From positions 1 through 61,249 of IMG/VR virus record IMGVR_UViG_3300009419_000019: a stretch of DNA of 61,249 bases; one strand, given 5' to 3'. Shown here piece by piece: positions 19,439 to 29,620 of the stretch; the stretch's first letter is position 1; each line of letters starts with the position of its first letter. The notes under the pieces are model-generated. The model did no database searches. It saw only the letters and a list, made by a program, of their open reading frames with translations, and had not been told where the DNA came from. Made by a program: the position numbers and the translations under genes. The DNA comes from a virus. Lineage: Duplodnaviria > Caudoviricetes.

Positions 19439-19801
19439 ATGGCTGTCAACGACATTGCTGCTGGCTCTTTGGTCGGCACCTGGGCACCCGAACAACTGTT
19501 CGCTGGTGAAGCACCTGTGACCACTGACGCGGCTCCTGCCCTGGCCGCGATCACGAAGTACCAACTGATCGCAGTGACCACCACTGGCGTCACCCCGTTC
19601 GTCTCGGGCACGCACACCGCCGATCAAGCGTTCGTGGCCGCGCAAGCCGCCAGCATTGGTCAGCAGACCCCGTACTACAAGTCGGGCTGCTTCAACCACG
19701 AAATCATCGGCTGGCCTGCCGGTACTGCCCTGGACACCTATGCCGAGCGCAAGGCGTTCTTCGGCAACCGTCCTCTGTCGGTCGGCAAGCTCCGCGCCTG
19801 A
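19439..19801 (+). CDS. Head decoration protein (gpD-like)
   Basis: QLFAGEAPVTT and YKSGCFNHE..WP; between protease and major capsid. Confidence 0.85.
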   Translation: MAVNDIAAGSLVGTWAPEQLFAGEAPVTTDAAPALAAITKYQLIAVTTTGVTPFVSGTHTADQAFVAAQAASIGQQTPYYKSGCFNHEIIGWPAGTALDTYAERKAFFGNRPLSVGKLRA

Positions 19802-19843
19802 TCGCACCGGCAACACAACATCTGAACAGAAAGGAAATTCATC

Positions 19844-20890
19844 ATGGCCTTCTACGACACGACCACCCTGTTGGAAGTGCTGCGCTACACCCGCCAGCCC
19901 ACCAACTTCTTCCTCGATCTGGCCTTCCAACGCCAGATCAACTTCGAGACCCCTTCGATCAGCTTCGATGTGGTCTACGGTGATGACCGCAAGCTGGCTC
20001 CCTTCGTGGTGCCGAACGTCCAAGGTCGTGGCTCCAAGATGGACGGCTACGAACAGCGTTCGTTCAAGCCAGCCTACGTCAAGCCCAAGGACGTGGTTGA
20101 CCCCAACATGCTGATCGAGCGTCAGCCGGGTGAAGCCCTGGGCACTGGCTCGCTGTCGAACGATCAACGTCGCAATGCCGTGATCGCGGAACTGCTGCGT
20201 CAGCACTACGTGCGTCACCGCAACACCCAAGAGTGGATGGCCGCTCGTGCGCTGATCGACGGCAAGGTCACCATCAAGGGTGAGGACTACCCCGAAACCC
20301 TGGTGGACTTCCGTCGCCACGCCTCGCTGAGCTACACGCTGACTGGCGGTGCCCTGTGGTCGGCTGGCACGGCTGATCCCCTGGCCAACCTGAAGGCCGC
20401 TCGCGTCAACGCCAACGTGCGTTCGGGTGCTCGCATCCAGAACCACGTTTTCGGTGGCGAGGCGTGGGACAAGTTCACCGCTCGCGTGAACCTGAAGGAT
20501 CTGCTGGACACCCGCTACAAGGACAGCCAATCCGAGATCAAGACCATGACCGATGGTTACGAAGGCGTCGAGTTCATCGGCACCATCCGTTCCCTGAACG
20601 ACGGTGGTCGCATGAACGTGTGGGTCCACACCGGCAAGTACATCGACGAGACTGGCTCCGAGCAGTACATGATGGATCAGAACACCGTGGTCGGTATCTC
20701 GCCTGAGACCGTCCAAGGCGTGCGCTGCTTCGGTGCCATCAAGGACGCCAAGGCCAACTACCGGGCCATCGAAATCTTCCCGAAGAATTGGGAAAACGAA
20801 GACCCGAGCTTGGAATACCTGATGACCCAATCGGCCCCTCTGATGGTGCCCAAGCAGCCTGACGGCACCTTCTCGATCAAGGTGGCCTAA
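19844..20890 (+). CDS. Major capsid protein, lambda gpE family
   Basis: LAPFVVP, FKPAYVKPKD, TQSAPLMVP; strongly biased codon usage. Confidence 0.95.
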   Translation: MAFYDTTTLLEVLRYTRQPTNFFLDLAFQRQINFETPSISFDVVYGDDRKLAPFVVPNVQGRGSKMDGYEQRSFKPAYVKPKDVVDPNMLIERQPGEALGTGSLSNDQRRNAVIAELLRQHYVRHRNTQEWMAARALIDGKVTIKGEDYPETLVDFRRHASLSYTLTGGALWSAGTADPLANLKAARVNANVRSGARIQNHVFGGEAWDKFTARVNLKDLLDTRYKDSQSEIKTMTDGYEGVEFIGTIRSLNDGGRMNVWVHTGKYIDETGSEQYMMDQNTVVGISPETVQGVRCFGAIKDAKANYRAIEIFPKNWENEDPSLEYLMTQSAPLMVPKQPDGTFSIKVA

Positions 20891-20958
20891 GCCCCGACCG
20901 CTTCCCTCTCAGACAACCCCCACCCAACCTCATTCTTCAATCATCCTCGGAGCCCATC

Positions 20959-21210
20959 ATGAGCAACCTGATCACCCTTATCCCTCTGAAGTCCATCGTC
21001 GTCGTGCGTGACAACAAGATGGTCGTTCCTCCTGTGGACAAGCCCTTTGGCTTCACTGAGTCCGAAGTGGCCGACGCCGGTCCCGACGCCTTCCGCAAGC
21101 CCGTCAACGAAGCTCCTGCTGAAGCAGAAGAAGTTGCCGAGAAGCCCGTATCCAAGCCAGCCGCCAAGACCGCTGGTAAGGGTGCCAAGAACGCCGACGA
21201 AGGTCTGTGA
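20959..21210 (+). CDS. Hypothetical head-associated protein (gpFI position)
   Basis: GGAG RBS; follows the major capsid gene. Confidence 0.65.
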   Translation: MSNLITLIPLKSIVVVRDNKMVVPPVDKPFGFTESEVADAGPDAFRKPVNEAPAEAEEVAEKPVSKPAAKTAGKGAKNADEGL

Positions 21211-21560
21211 TGCCTTTTGACTTTGCATCAGCAAAGGCGAACGCACGCCGAGTGATCCACGCGACACTCGGCGTGTCTGCGTTCATCAAGGTCAATTCGA
21301 CCAGCACGCCAGAGCCCATCACGGCACGCCTGCACGAAGCCAGCACCGTCTACGGTGACTTGCTCAACCAGGGCTACGCCGAGACCGTGGAGGCTGTTGA
21401 TCGAATTGTCTTTTTCCCCGAGGACATTGCACCCGAGCATCGTCCTCGCAAGCTCGCGGAAGTTACTTTCCCGCATCGAGCCGGTATCACGTTTGTTCTT
21501 CAGACCAAAGATGTCAGCGATGGCCCGTCTGAAGAGGTGTGGCAGGTAACTCGAAAATGA
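21207..21560 (+). CDS. Head-tail adaptor (gpFII-like)
   Basis: Position and size; FASAKANARRVIHATLGV N-terminus. Confidence 0.65.
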   Translation: MMPFDFASAKANARRVIHATLGVSAFIKVNSTSTPEPITARLHEASTVYGDLLNQGYAETVEAVDRIVFFPEDIAPEHRPRKLAEVTFPHRAGITFVLQTKDVSDGPSEEVWQVTRK

Positions 21561-22153
21561 GTGCATCAATCGTTGCGCAAGCCTTGGACGATGTTGTCAG
21601 GTACTTCGAAGAGTTGCCTGAAGTCGCCACGCAAGCCGCAGCATTGGCCATCAACACCGTCAGTCAGCGTCAAGCCTTGCCTGAGATCCGCAAGGTCATG
21701 CGTGAACAGTTGGACTTCCCTGAAGGCTACCTTGAGTCACCAAAGCGTCTGCGCGTAGCACGCAAGGCTACAAGGAACGTCCTGCAAGCCACCATCCGTG
21801 GTCGTGACGAGCCCACCTCGCTTGCCCGGTTCCGCACCCCTGGGCAGGACGTAAAGAACACCCGTGGTCGCGGTGTGCGCGTCAAGCTCAAGCGTGGTCA
21901 AACCCGCCTGCTGCGCAAAGGCTTCTTGGTCAATCTGCGTGGCGGCAATACCGGGCTCGCCGTGCGCCTCAAGCCGGGTGAAGCCCTGACGAACTCATCG
22001 GCTGCTGTTGAGCTTGCGAACAACGTCTACCTGCTGTACGGGCCATCGGTCGATCAAGTCTTCCGCACGGTCTCGTCTGACGTTGCCCCGTCCGTCACGA
22101 AGAACGTCACCACCGAGTTCTTCCGTCAATTTTCGAGGTTAAGCCGTGGCTAA
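21557..22153 (+). CDS. Neck / tail completion protein (gpZ-like)
   Basis: Basic protein with AALAIN, PTSLARF and LYGPSVDQVF. Confidence 0.7.
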   Translation: MSASIVAQALDDVVRYFEELPEVATQAAALAINTVSQRQALPEIRKVMREQLDFPEGYLESPKRLRVARKATRNVLQATIRGRDEPTSLARFRTPGQDVKNTRGRGVRVKLKRGQTRLLRKGFLVNLRGGNTGLAVRLKPGEALTNSSAAVELANNVYLLYGPSVDQVFRTVSSDVAPSVTKNVTTEFFRQFSRLSRG

Positions 22154-22646
22154 CTCACCCCGCCTGAACGTCCTGATCGCGTTGAGTGATCTGCTCAAGA
22201 CCATCACGCCTGCCAATGGCTACACCTACGACGTGAGCACTGCTGTGTTCCGTGGTGTCTCGCGCTTTGGTGATGAGTCCCCCGAGACCATGATCTCGTT
22301 GCTCGAAGCACCCAAGCCCGACTACGGCTCGTTCGCTGGCGAGAACAATGGCCATCGCAAGGAAGAGTGGAACTTACTTTTGCAAGGCTGGTGCCCTGAG
22401 AACGCTGAGAATCCGTCCGACAATGCACACGAGATGATGTGGGACGTTGAGCAGTGCTTGAACCGGGTGATTGCCGTCAACACGCGCAACGGCAACCCGC
22501 TTTACCCCGAGCACTACATGCTCGACAAAACCATTTCCAGTTTTGCCTTCGGGCCGGGTGTTGTTCGCCCTGCTACCGAGGGCATTTCCAACAGGGCCTT
22601 TTTCTACCTGCCGGTGCGAATTGGTCTTGTCACCCGCAACGGTTGA
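22146..22646 (+). CDS. Tail terminator protein
   Basis: LKTITPANGY..VFRG..FGD motif; precedes the tail tube gene. Confidence 0.7.
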   Translation: MANSPRLNVLIALSDLLKTITPANGYTYDVSTAVFRGVSRFGDESPETMISLLEAPKPDYGSFAGENNGHRKEEWNLLLQGWCPENAENPSDNAHEMMWDVEQCLNRVIAVNTRNGNPLYPEHYMLDKTISSFAFGPGVVRPATEGISNRAFFYLPVRIGLVTRNG

Positions 22647-22703
22647 CACTATTCTCGCGGATAATTTCAACCGTTTGTTCATCGTTCCACAAGGAGCTAC
22701 ATC

Positions 22704-23516
22704 ATGCCTTTGACTTCCGATCTCGGCGGCAAGAACTACATCCTCGGTCGAGGCCGGGTGTTCTTCGACCGCTTCGCTTCCAACGTGTCCGTGACCGCTG
22801 CCACCCGTGGCGAAGGTGAACGCTACCTGGGCAACACCCCGGAGCTTTCGACCAACTCGTCCACGGAAAACCTCGACCACTACGACTCTGACGGTGGCGT
22901 CAAGAGCAAGGACGGTTCTGTTCAGTTGAGCTTGGATCGCTCCGGTGCTTTCACCTGCGACAACATCACCAGCGAAAACTTGGCCTTGTTCTTCCAGGGC
23001 AACGCATCGACCCTGACACAGACTGCACAGACCGCCGTGGTCGAAGTGCTGACTGGTGCCAAGCGTGATCGCTTCTACCAACTCGGCGTGAGCACCGCCA
23101 CTCCCTCGGGTGTGCGCAAGGTCACCAACGTGGTCGTCAAGAAGGGCGCTGGTTTCACGACCACCGTCGCTGAAGCTGGCAACTATGAAGTCGATGAAGT
23201 CACTGGCCGCATCTACGTGCTGCCCGGCTCCGTCGGCATCCCTGACAACACCGACATCCAAGTGACCTACGACGTGCAGGCTTCGACCCGCTCGTTGGTG
23301 GTCTCGAAGAACCAGTCGATCTACGGTGCTCTGCGTTTCGTGTCTGACAACCCTGTCGGCAACAACAACGACATCTACATGCCCTACGTCAAGTTGTCGC
23401 CTGACGGTGACTACCAACTCAAGGGTGATGACTGGCAAGTCATGGGCTTCACGGTCGAGATCCTCAAGAAGACCTCGAACATCGAAGCCATCTACATCGA
23501 CGGTCGCCCCGTCTGA
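22704..23516 (+). CDS. Major tail tube protein
   Basis: NYILGRGRVFF..GERYLGNTPE...LSPDGDYQLKGDDWQ, Chi-like tail tube pattern. Confidence 0.85.
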   Translation: MPLTSDLGGKNYILGRGRVFFDRFASNVSVTAATRGEGERYLGNTPELSTNSSTENLDHYDSDGGVKSKDGSVQLSLDRSGAFTCDNITSENLALFFQGNASTLTQTAQTAVVEVLTGAKRDRFYQLGVSTATPSGVRKVTNVVVKKGAGFTTTVAEAGNYEVDEVTGRIYVLPGSVGIPDNTDIQVTYDVQASTRSLVVSKNQSIYGALRFVSDNPVGNNNDIYMPYVKLSPDGDYQLKGDDWQVMGFTVEILKKTSNIEAIYIDGRPV

Positions 23517-23529
23517 TCGAAAGTAGAGC

Positions 23530-23988
23530 ATGTCCCTCGCTTCCTATACCCCCGAAACCCGCGAAGTACCGCTCGGACGTGGCAACACGTTTTCCGTGTC
23601 CGGGCTGTCACTTCAACACATCGAAATCCTCGTTCGCACACACCTCGAAGACATCGAGGCGTTGTTCGATCTCATTGCCGACGGCGCTGGCAACTTCGAG
23701 CCCGACGACCTCAAGAAGTTGGCGATCTCCCTGGCCACGCGTGCTCCCGGCTTCGTGGCCAACGTGATTGCCCTGGCCGCTGGTGAGCACGATGCGACTG
23801 CCAACGCAGCACGCTTGCCGATGCCCGTGCAGATCCAGGCCATCCATGACATCGGTGAGTTGACGTTCACCGAGGTGGGCGGCATAAAAAAATTCATGGA
23901 GACCGTCGCGGCTCTCCTGGGAACAATGTCGGCAACAATGCCCAAGAAGCTCAGCAAGGTAACAACCCGGATGATGAATCCAGGGTAA
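23530..23988 (+). CDS. Tail assembly chaperone (gpG-like)
   Basis: Between tail tube and tape measure genes; contains an A7 slippery site. Confidence 0.85.
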   Translation: MSLASYTPETREVPLGRGNTFSVSGLSLQHIEILVRTHLEDIEALFDLIADGAGNFEPDDLKKLAISLATRAPGFVANVIALAAGEHDATANAARLPMPVQIQAIHDIGELTFTEVGGIKKFMETVAALLGTMSATMPKKLSKVTTRMMNPG

Positions 23989-24227
23989 TCCGGTTTTACC
24001 GGGGCCTTCGCCGCGATGTGAGCTTGCTCTTGTCGGAAGGCCATCAGGACGCAAGGAAGTATCCAGTTGCGTTCGCATGGTCGGAAGCTCGAATCGTTAG
24101 GCAGCGCAATGCGTTTCGACGACGAGAGGAAACGGCGCTGCTTCAAATGGCTGTAGCGTCCGTCCTCTCAGATAAAGCGGGTAAGCAACTCGCAAAACTG
24201 ATGGAAAGGATGGACGAAAGTGACTGA
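23530..24227 (+). CDS. Tail assembly chaperone, -1 frameshifted form (gpGT-like)
   Basis: GGC ATA AAA AAA at 23881-23892; the -1 frame is open from the slip site to the stop at 24227. Confidence 0.8.
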
Positions 24228-27200
24228 CCAAAAGACCATTGACCTGATCATCCGGGCAAGCCTGGAAGGTAAGGCTGATCTCAACACTGTCACCAAAGCC
24301 ATCAAGGGTCTTGAGTCGGCACTGGATGCTCAGACTCAAGCGGCAAAGAAGGGTGAGTCTTCAATCGACGAGTTGAAGGCCACCCTTTTGTCGTTGGAGC
24401 AGGTTCAACGCAACCTCACTCGCAACTCGTCCCTGGTCAAAGAGTTCGACGCACTGCCTACCAAGGTTGATCGTGCCTCGCGCTCGGTCGAGAAGGCCAA
24501 GACCGCATACGAGAAGCTCGCTGAAGAACAGAAGAAGTCTGCGACGGTCACCGAGGAACAGAGCCAAAAGCTGTTCGACCTGTCTGCGAAGTACGAGAAC
24601 GCACAGAAGCGTCTTGACACGCTGATCACCCGTCAAGGGGCACTGCGTACCGAACTGCAAGCCCTTGGTGCCGACACCAACGATCTGAGCACCTTCCAGC
24701 AGCGGCTTGTTCAGACATCGGCTGACCTGGGTGTCGTGTACGCCAAGACCAAGCAAAGCATCGCCTCGTATGCCGACGACGTGCGCAGTGCCCGTGAGGC
24801 GCAACGAGCCCTGGCTGCTGAGCAAGCCGCTGCTGCCAAAGAAGCCCAGCAGTTCGAAGCTGCCGAGAAGCGTGCGACGGCTGCTGCCAATGCTCGTGCT
24901 GCCGCTGCACAAGAGGTGGCCGATGCGCTCTCGAACCGTCGCTCGGAAAGTGCTGCTGCTGGAAATCAGTTCAACAACGATGCGGCTGACGCTGCACGTG
25001 CGCGTGAGCTTGCCCAACTGCGGGCTGACATCACCCAACGCTCAGAAGAACAACTCGCCGTCGAGAAGCAACTTGCCAAGAACAGTGCCTTGGCCAAGAC
25101 CGCTGACGACGCGCAACAAGCTGCTCGCCAGTACACCTCGTTGGCCCGTGCATCGGCTGACCTCGCGCCCAAGATCATCAGCGTGCGCTCTGCCGTTGAA
25201 GACATCCTGAACCCAACCAAGGCTGCGAACTCAACCCTGGATGGCTTGGAGACACGCATCTCCGATCTGGCTGGCACCATCGGCAAGATCAACGGCCCGG
25301 TGAAGGACTACCGCGAAACCCTGGTGCAGTTGAACGAGACACAGAAGTCACTCGCCACTCAGGCCAACTTGGTCGATGTCTACCAGCGTCAGGTTGCCGC
25401 CTTGCGCTCTGCCCGTGACGAGTTCACAACCGCACGAGCCAAGGTCGCTGAGTACGCTGCTGCCGTTCGCCAAGGTGGCGACAGTGGTCAACAGTTCACC
25501 GCATCGCTCACCCAGGCACAAGCCGCAGCCCAACGTGCTGCACAGGCCCTTCAGGCGCAGCTACAAAGCACGCGAGATGCTCGGGAAGCCCTGCGTACTG
25601 CCGGGATCGCTACGAATGATCTGACGACCGCTCAAGCCCGTCTGGTGGGCAGCAGCCAGCAAGCCAAGCAAGCGGCTGACGACTTGGGCAAGGCCGTCAA
25701 GGAATACGGGCTTGAGTCTGAGAAGGCAGGGGGCAAGTCGGGCAAGGGGATCTTCGGTGATGAAGGTCGTACCACCCTGTCGCTCGCACAGCGCATCCGT
25801 GGTGAGATCCTCGCGCTGACGGCTTCCTACGTTGGCTTGCAGGGTGCGATCTCCCTGGCCACGAGTTCATTGGACTCGTTCAACAGCCGTGCTGCCACAC
25901 GCACGGTCATTGGCGTTGGCCTGCAAAGCACCGACAAGGCTCAGATCGACGCCGAGTACGCGTACATCAAGGGTCAGGCCGACCGCATCGGCTTGGTCTT
26001 TGCCGACACCGCCAAGCAGTACAGCAAGTTCGCAGCCGCAGCAGCTTTTGCCGGTCGCCCTCGGGAAGAGATCAAGTTCATCTTCGAGTCGTTCTCCGAA
26101 GCTGGCCGAGTGCTCAACTTGACGCAAGACAATCTCAACGGCGTCTTCCTCGCGCTTGAACAGATTTTCTCCAAAGGAAAGATCAGTGCTGAAGAACTGC
26201 GTCAGCAGTTGGGCGAACGCCTGCCTGCTGTGTTCCAAGTCGCACAAGAGGCGCTCAAGGGGCAGTTCCCCGATCTGAACAAGGCCATCGAGAAGGGTCA
26301 GGTTGGCGCAGAGAACCTTGTGCTGATCGCACAAAAGTACCGTGAGATGGTTGGCTCGCAACTGCCCGGTGCAACGCAGAGCTTCGCAGCCTCGCAAGCC
26401 CGTCTGACCAATGCCATCGAAGACTTCAAACTGGCCATTGCTGACGCCGGGTTTGTCGATGCTTACGCGCAGGCCATCGGTGAGGTCACGAAGTTTCTCC
26501 AAAGCTCTGACGGTCAGAAGTTCGCAGAAGGTCTTGCGCAGTCCTTCCAAGCTGTTCTGAACGTCGTGCTGCTGATCGTCAAGAACTTCGACGAGTTTGG
26601 TGCGGTGCTTGGCACCATCGCAGCACTCGGCGCGGTCAAGCTGTTCACTGACATGGCGCAAAGCCTTGTGACCTTGGGCGTGGCCGCTCGTGGTGCCGCT
26701 GTCGCGTTGACGGGCATCCAGAAGGCGGCATTGGTGCTCAGCGCATTCATCGTCGGCTGGCAGATCGGTCGTTACCTAAACGAGAAGTTCGTCGAGGTGC
26801 AAGCCTTCGGTGTTGCCCTGGTGACAGGGATGGACATCGTTTGGACGAACATCAAGTACGGCGCACAGATCATGTTTGCCGAACTGCCCAAGTACGCTGA
26901 GAACGCGGGCATCGCCATTGAGAACACGCTGCTCAAGATGGTCAGGGGTGTGATGCGGGCCTTGGCCAACATCGCATCTGCTGTCGGCTCGGAAGACTTC
27001 GCCAAGCTCTACAACAAGATTGCTGACGGTCTGATCGAAAAGAGCTACAAGACCACGACCGACAAGGCGGTGGCGTTGCGCAAGGAGATGGAAGACGAGA
27101 TCGCCAAGATCAAGAAGATCCAAGGTGAGATGTTCGACGACATCATTGCCGGTCAGAAGAAACTTGATTCTGCGAAGAAGCCAGCATCTAGCACAGGGTT

Positions 27201-28692
27201 CCCAGGCTTGAACGCAAAGAGCAACAAGACTGGCCCAACCGAAGCCGAGTTGGCCAAGTCTGCTCGTGAGGTCGAGGCTCTTGAAGATCGCGTGCTCGCG
27301 CTCGAAGGCCGCATCGAGCGTGCGGCATCGCAGACCTTGGACACACAGCTTCAAGGCGTGGACAAGAGCACGAAGGATCTGCGTGACGACATCACCACCA
27401 AGGTCAAGGATCTCCAAAAGCGCAACGAACTCCTGGCACGCGTGGACGAAGCCAACAAGGCCCTGCGTCTGCAAACGACCGAGAAGTTCAACAAGGAGAT
27501 CGCAACCGCCGAAGAGTCGTTGCAGCGTCAACTTGAGCAAGCCGAAGCTGCTGCTGGCCGCAAGTCCAAGGCAAGCCTCGATGACCGTCTGAATGCCGTC
27601 AAGCAGTCCTACGCGAAATACTTCCGCGAGGTGGACGACCTCATCGCCAAGCAACAGGCCAATGGTCTCGACACCACACAGACCCAGGCATCCCGCGACA
27701 AGATGGGCGGCATCGTCGGTGAGCTTCAAGGTCTTGAGGCCAAGAAGTTCTACGAAGAACGCATCAACGAGGTGATCAAGCAGCGTGCTCAGCTTGTTGC
27801 GGCAGTACGCGCACAACAGCAAGCGGGCACGATTGATCAGGACACGGCTGCTCAACGCATCAACGAGATCAACGCACAGTCACTTCCAACGATCACTGCG
27901 ATCAAGGATCAAGCTGTTGCTTGGGCTCAAGCCAACCAGCAGATTTTCGGCACACCTGAGTTGCAGCAGGCGTTCATCGCCAACATGCAGGCCATCTCGA
28001 CCGAGGCAAGCAACACGAAGAGTGAAATGACCTTGCTCCAAGAGAGCATGAAGAAGGGTCTGATCGAAGGCGTGGGCAAGGGACTGGATACCGTGATGCA
28101 GACCTTCGGTGAGGTCGCAGCAGGGCAGATGTCGTTGCGTGAAGGCTTCAACAGCTTGGGTACATCTGTGGCCCTGTTTGCTGCGCAGTTCATCCGTCAG
28201 ATCGCCATGGCCATCTTGCAAGCGATGGTGCTCAAAGCAATCATGGCCACGATCCCAGGCTTGAACGTGGCATCTGCTGCTTCGTCTGCTGGTGGTGTTG
28301 CCACTGCTGGTACTGCAAGCATCCCCGCCAACGTAGCTCACACAGGTGGCACAGTGGGCTCGCTTCAGCGTTCACGTTCTGCCCCGAGTGCTTGGTTCGC
28401 CAACGCACCGAAGTACCACACGGGTGGCATTGCTGGTCTCGCGCCATCCGAGTACCCCGCGATCTTGCAAAAGAACGAAGAGGTGCTCAAGGCGTCTGAC
28501 CCTCGCAACATCCTCAACGGTGGTGCTGCTGCCGGTGGTGGGCAACCTGCTGAACAAGCCCCTGTGCGCTTCGTGCTCGTGGATGACCGCAGCAAGATCC
28601 CTGATGCGATGAACAGTGCTGACGGTGAGCGGGTGATCCTGCAAACCCTGGTGCGCAACGCATCGACCGTTCGTAGTGTCCTGGGTCGCTGA
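24220..28692 (+). CDS. Tape measure protein
   Basis: 1490 aa, Ala-rich helical; QIFSKGKISAEELRQQLGERLP tape-measure domain; C-terminal YHTGG motif. Confidence 0.95.
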   Translation: MTDQKTIDLIIRASLEGKADLNTVTKAIKGLESALDAQTQAAKKGESSIDELKATLLSLEQVQRNLTRNSSLVKEFDALPTKVDRASRSVEKAKTAYEKLAEEQKKSATVTEEQSQKLFDLSAKYENAQKRLDTLITRQGALRTELQALGADTNDLSTFQQRLVQTSADLGVVYAKTKQSIASYADDVRSAREAQRALAAEQAAAAKEAQQFEAAEKRATAAANARAAAAQEVADALSNRRSESAAAGNQFNNDAADAARARELAQLRADITQRSEEQLAVEKQLAKNSALAKTADDAQQAARQYTSLARASADLAPKIISVRSAVEDILNPTKAANSTLDGLETRISDLAGTIGKINGPVKDYRETLVQLNETQKSLATQANLVDVYQRQVAALRSARDEFTTARAKVAEYAAAVRQGGDSGQQFTASLTQAQAAAQRAAQALQAQLQSTRDAREALRTAGIATNDLTTAQARLVGSSQQAKQAADDLGKAVKEYGLESEKAGGKSGKGIFGDEGRTTLSLAQRIRGEILALTASYVGLQGAISLATSSLDSFNSRAATRTVIGVGLQSTDKAQIDAEYAYIKGQADRIGLVFADTAKQYSKFAAAAAFAGRPREEIKFIFESFSEAGRVLNLTQDNLNGVFLALEQIFSKGKISAEELRQQLGERLPAVFQVAQEALKGQFPDLNKAIEKGQVGAENLVLIAQKYREMVGSQLPGATQSFAASQARLTNAIEDFKLAIADAGFVDAYAQAIGEVTKFLQSSDGQKFAEGLAQSFQAVLNVVLLIVKNFDEFGAVLGTIAALGAVKLFTDMAQSLVTLGVAARGAAVALTGIQKAALVLSAFIVGWQIGRYLNEKFVEVQAFGVALVTGMDIVWTNIKYGAQIMFAELPKYAENAGIAIENTLLKMVRGVMRALANIASAVGSEDFAKLYNKIADGLIEKSYKTTTDKAVALRKEMEDEIAKIKKIQGEMFDDIIAGQKKLDSAKKPASSTGFPGLNAKSNKTGPTEAELAKSAREVEALEDRVLALEGRIERAASQTLDTQLQGVDKSTKDLRDDITTKVKDLQKRNELLARVDEANKALRLQTTEKFNKEIATAEESLQRQLEQAEAAAGRKSKASLDDRLNAVKQSYAKYFREVDDLIAKQQANGLDTTQTQASRDKMGGIVGELQGLEAKKFYEERINEVIKQRAQLVAAVRAQQQAGTIDQDTAAQRINEINAQSLPTITAIKDQAVAWAQANQQIFGTPELQQAFIANMQAISTEASNTKSEMTLLQESMKKGLIEGVGKGLDTVMQTFGEVAAGQMSLREGFNSLGTSVALFAAQFIRQIAMAILQAMVLKAIMATIPGLNVASAASSAGGVATAGTASIPANVAHTGGTVGSLQRSRSAPSAWFANAPKYHTGGIAGLAPSEYPAILQKNEEVLKASDPRNILNGGAAAGGGQPAEQAPVRFVLVDDRSKIPDAMNSADGERVILQTLVRNASTVRSVLGR

Positions 28693-28694
28693 TC

Positions 28695-29618
28695 ATGATC
28701 TACACACCATTCGAGTTCCCCGTACCTGCACCGCACTCAGCCTCTTTCACCGATGGTGAGAAGGCTGTCTCCGTGGCCACGCCGCTCGCGTCTGCACCGG
28801 CTCGCTCTGAACGCATGATCAGCCGTTGGATCTACCTCGCGCCTGGGTTCTACACGATGCACGGCATCACGAAGACCTCGGGCACTTGGTTGCTCAACAG
28901 CGTGCGTCAGGCAGGCTCTACCCTGGTCGAAGAGAAGCAACTTCTGTTCACCACCCTCGCATCGCAAGGCGTGGTTGACCGGGAGTTCTACGTCAGCCGT
29001 GGTGGTGTCAAGAAGCTCGACATCATCTTGCGCAACATCTCAACGTCTGCCGGTGAGTGCTACGCCGCTTTCAACATCAAGCGCAGTGGGAATCTGATCT
29101 ACGCATCAGACAACGAAGGTTGGGTGGCCAGTGACACCAACAAGGTTCTCACGAGCCAGATGCCCGCCTTGCCCGATTACCGAAAGTCACTTCCGGTTTT
29201 CACGCTCACCCCGAACTGGCAAGGCGGCATCCTCGAAAAGCTGGAATACCTGACGAACGTGTTGCCTAGCAGCACGGACGCTGAGCAACGCCGGATGCTG
29301 CGTGTTCACCCACGGCGTTCGTTCGAGGTGTCGTTCTTGCGTGAGAAGGACGAGCGTGCTCGCCTTGACTCGTTCGTCTCGGGTCATGGGCATGAGCCGT
29401 TCCTTGTGCCCTTGTGGCATGAGGCAGTCCGCTTGCCGTATGGCGATCCAAAGGAAACCGCTGAGATTCCTTTCGATGGCTACAATCTCATCTCAAATGG
29501 CGCACACCTAAGCAACGGCTCTCAGATGTCTTGCGGCTTAGACCTGCTGTTTGACCTGATCTCCGATGGCTCCGTCACCTCTGACGGGACACAACTTTCT
29601 GACGGCTACGAGGATTGA
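28695..29618 (+). CDS. Distal tail structural protein, N-terminal half, fused to a short xDG-repeat tail
   Basis: PNWQGGILEKLEYLT..EQRRMLR.HPRRSFE...VPLWHE pattern of siphovirus distal-tail proteins, ending in SNG/SDG repeats. Confidence 0.65.
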   Translation: MIYTPFEFPVPAPHSASFTDGEKAVSVATPLASAPARSERMISRWIYLAPGFYTMHGITKTSGTWLLNSVRQAGSTLVEEKQLLFTTLASQGVVDREFYVSRGGVKKLDIILRNISTSAGECYAAFNIKRSGNLIYASDNEGWVASDTNKVLTSQMPALPDYRKSLPVFTLTPNWQGGILEKLEYLTNVLPSSTDAEQRRMLRVHPRRSFEVSFLREKDERARLDSFVSGHGHEPFLVPLWHEAVRLPYGDPKETAEIPFDGYNLISNGAHLSNGSQMSCGLDLLFDLISDGSVTSDGTQLSDGYED

Positions 29619-29620
29619 AC

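Noticed and set aside
16277-20830. Long minus-strand ORFs (685 aa, 375 aa, 473 aa) and similar ones opposite the tail and RdgC genes
   Set aside because: Antisense shadows of strongly codon-biased real genes; no RBS or recognisable motifs
22643-22665. Sigma70 promoter upstream of the major tail gene
   Set aside because: TTGACA and GATAAT are only 11 bp apart, which does not fit standard spacing
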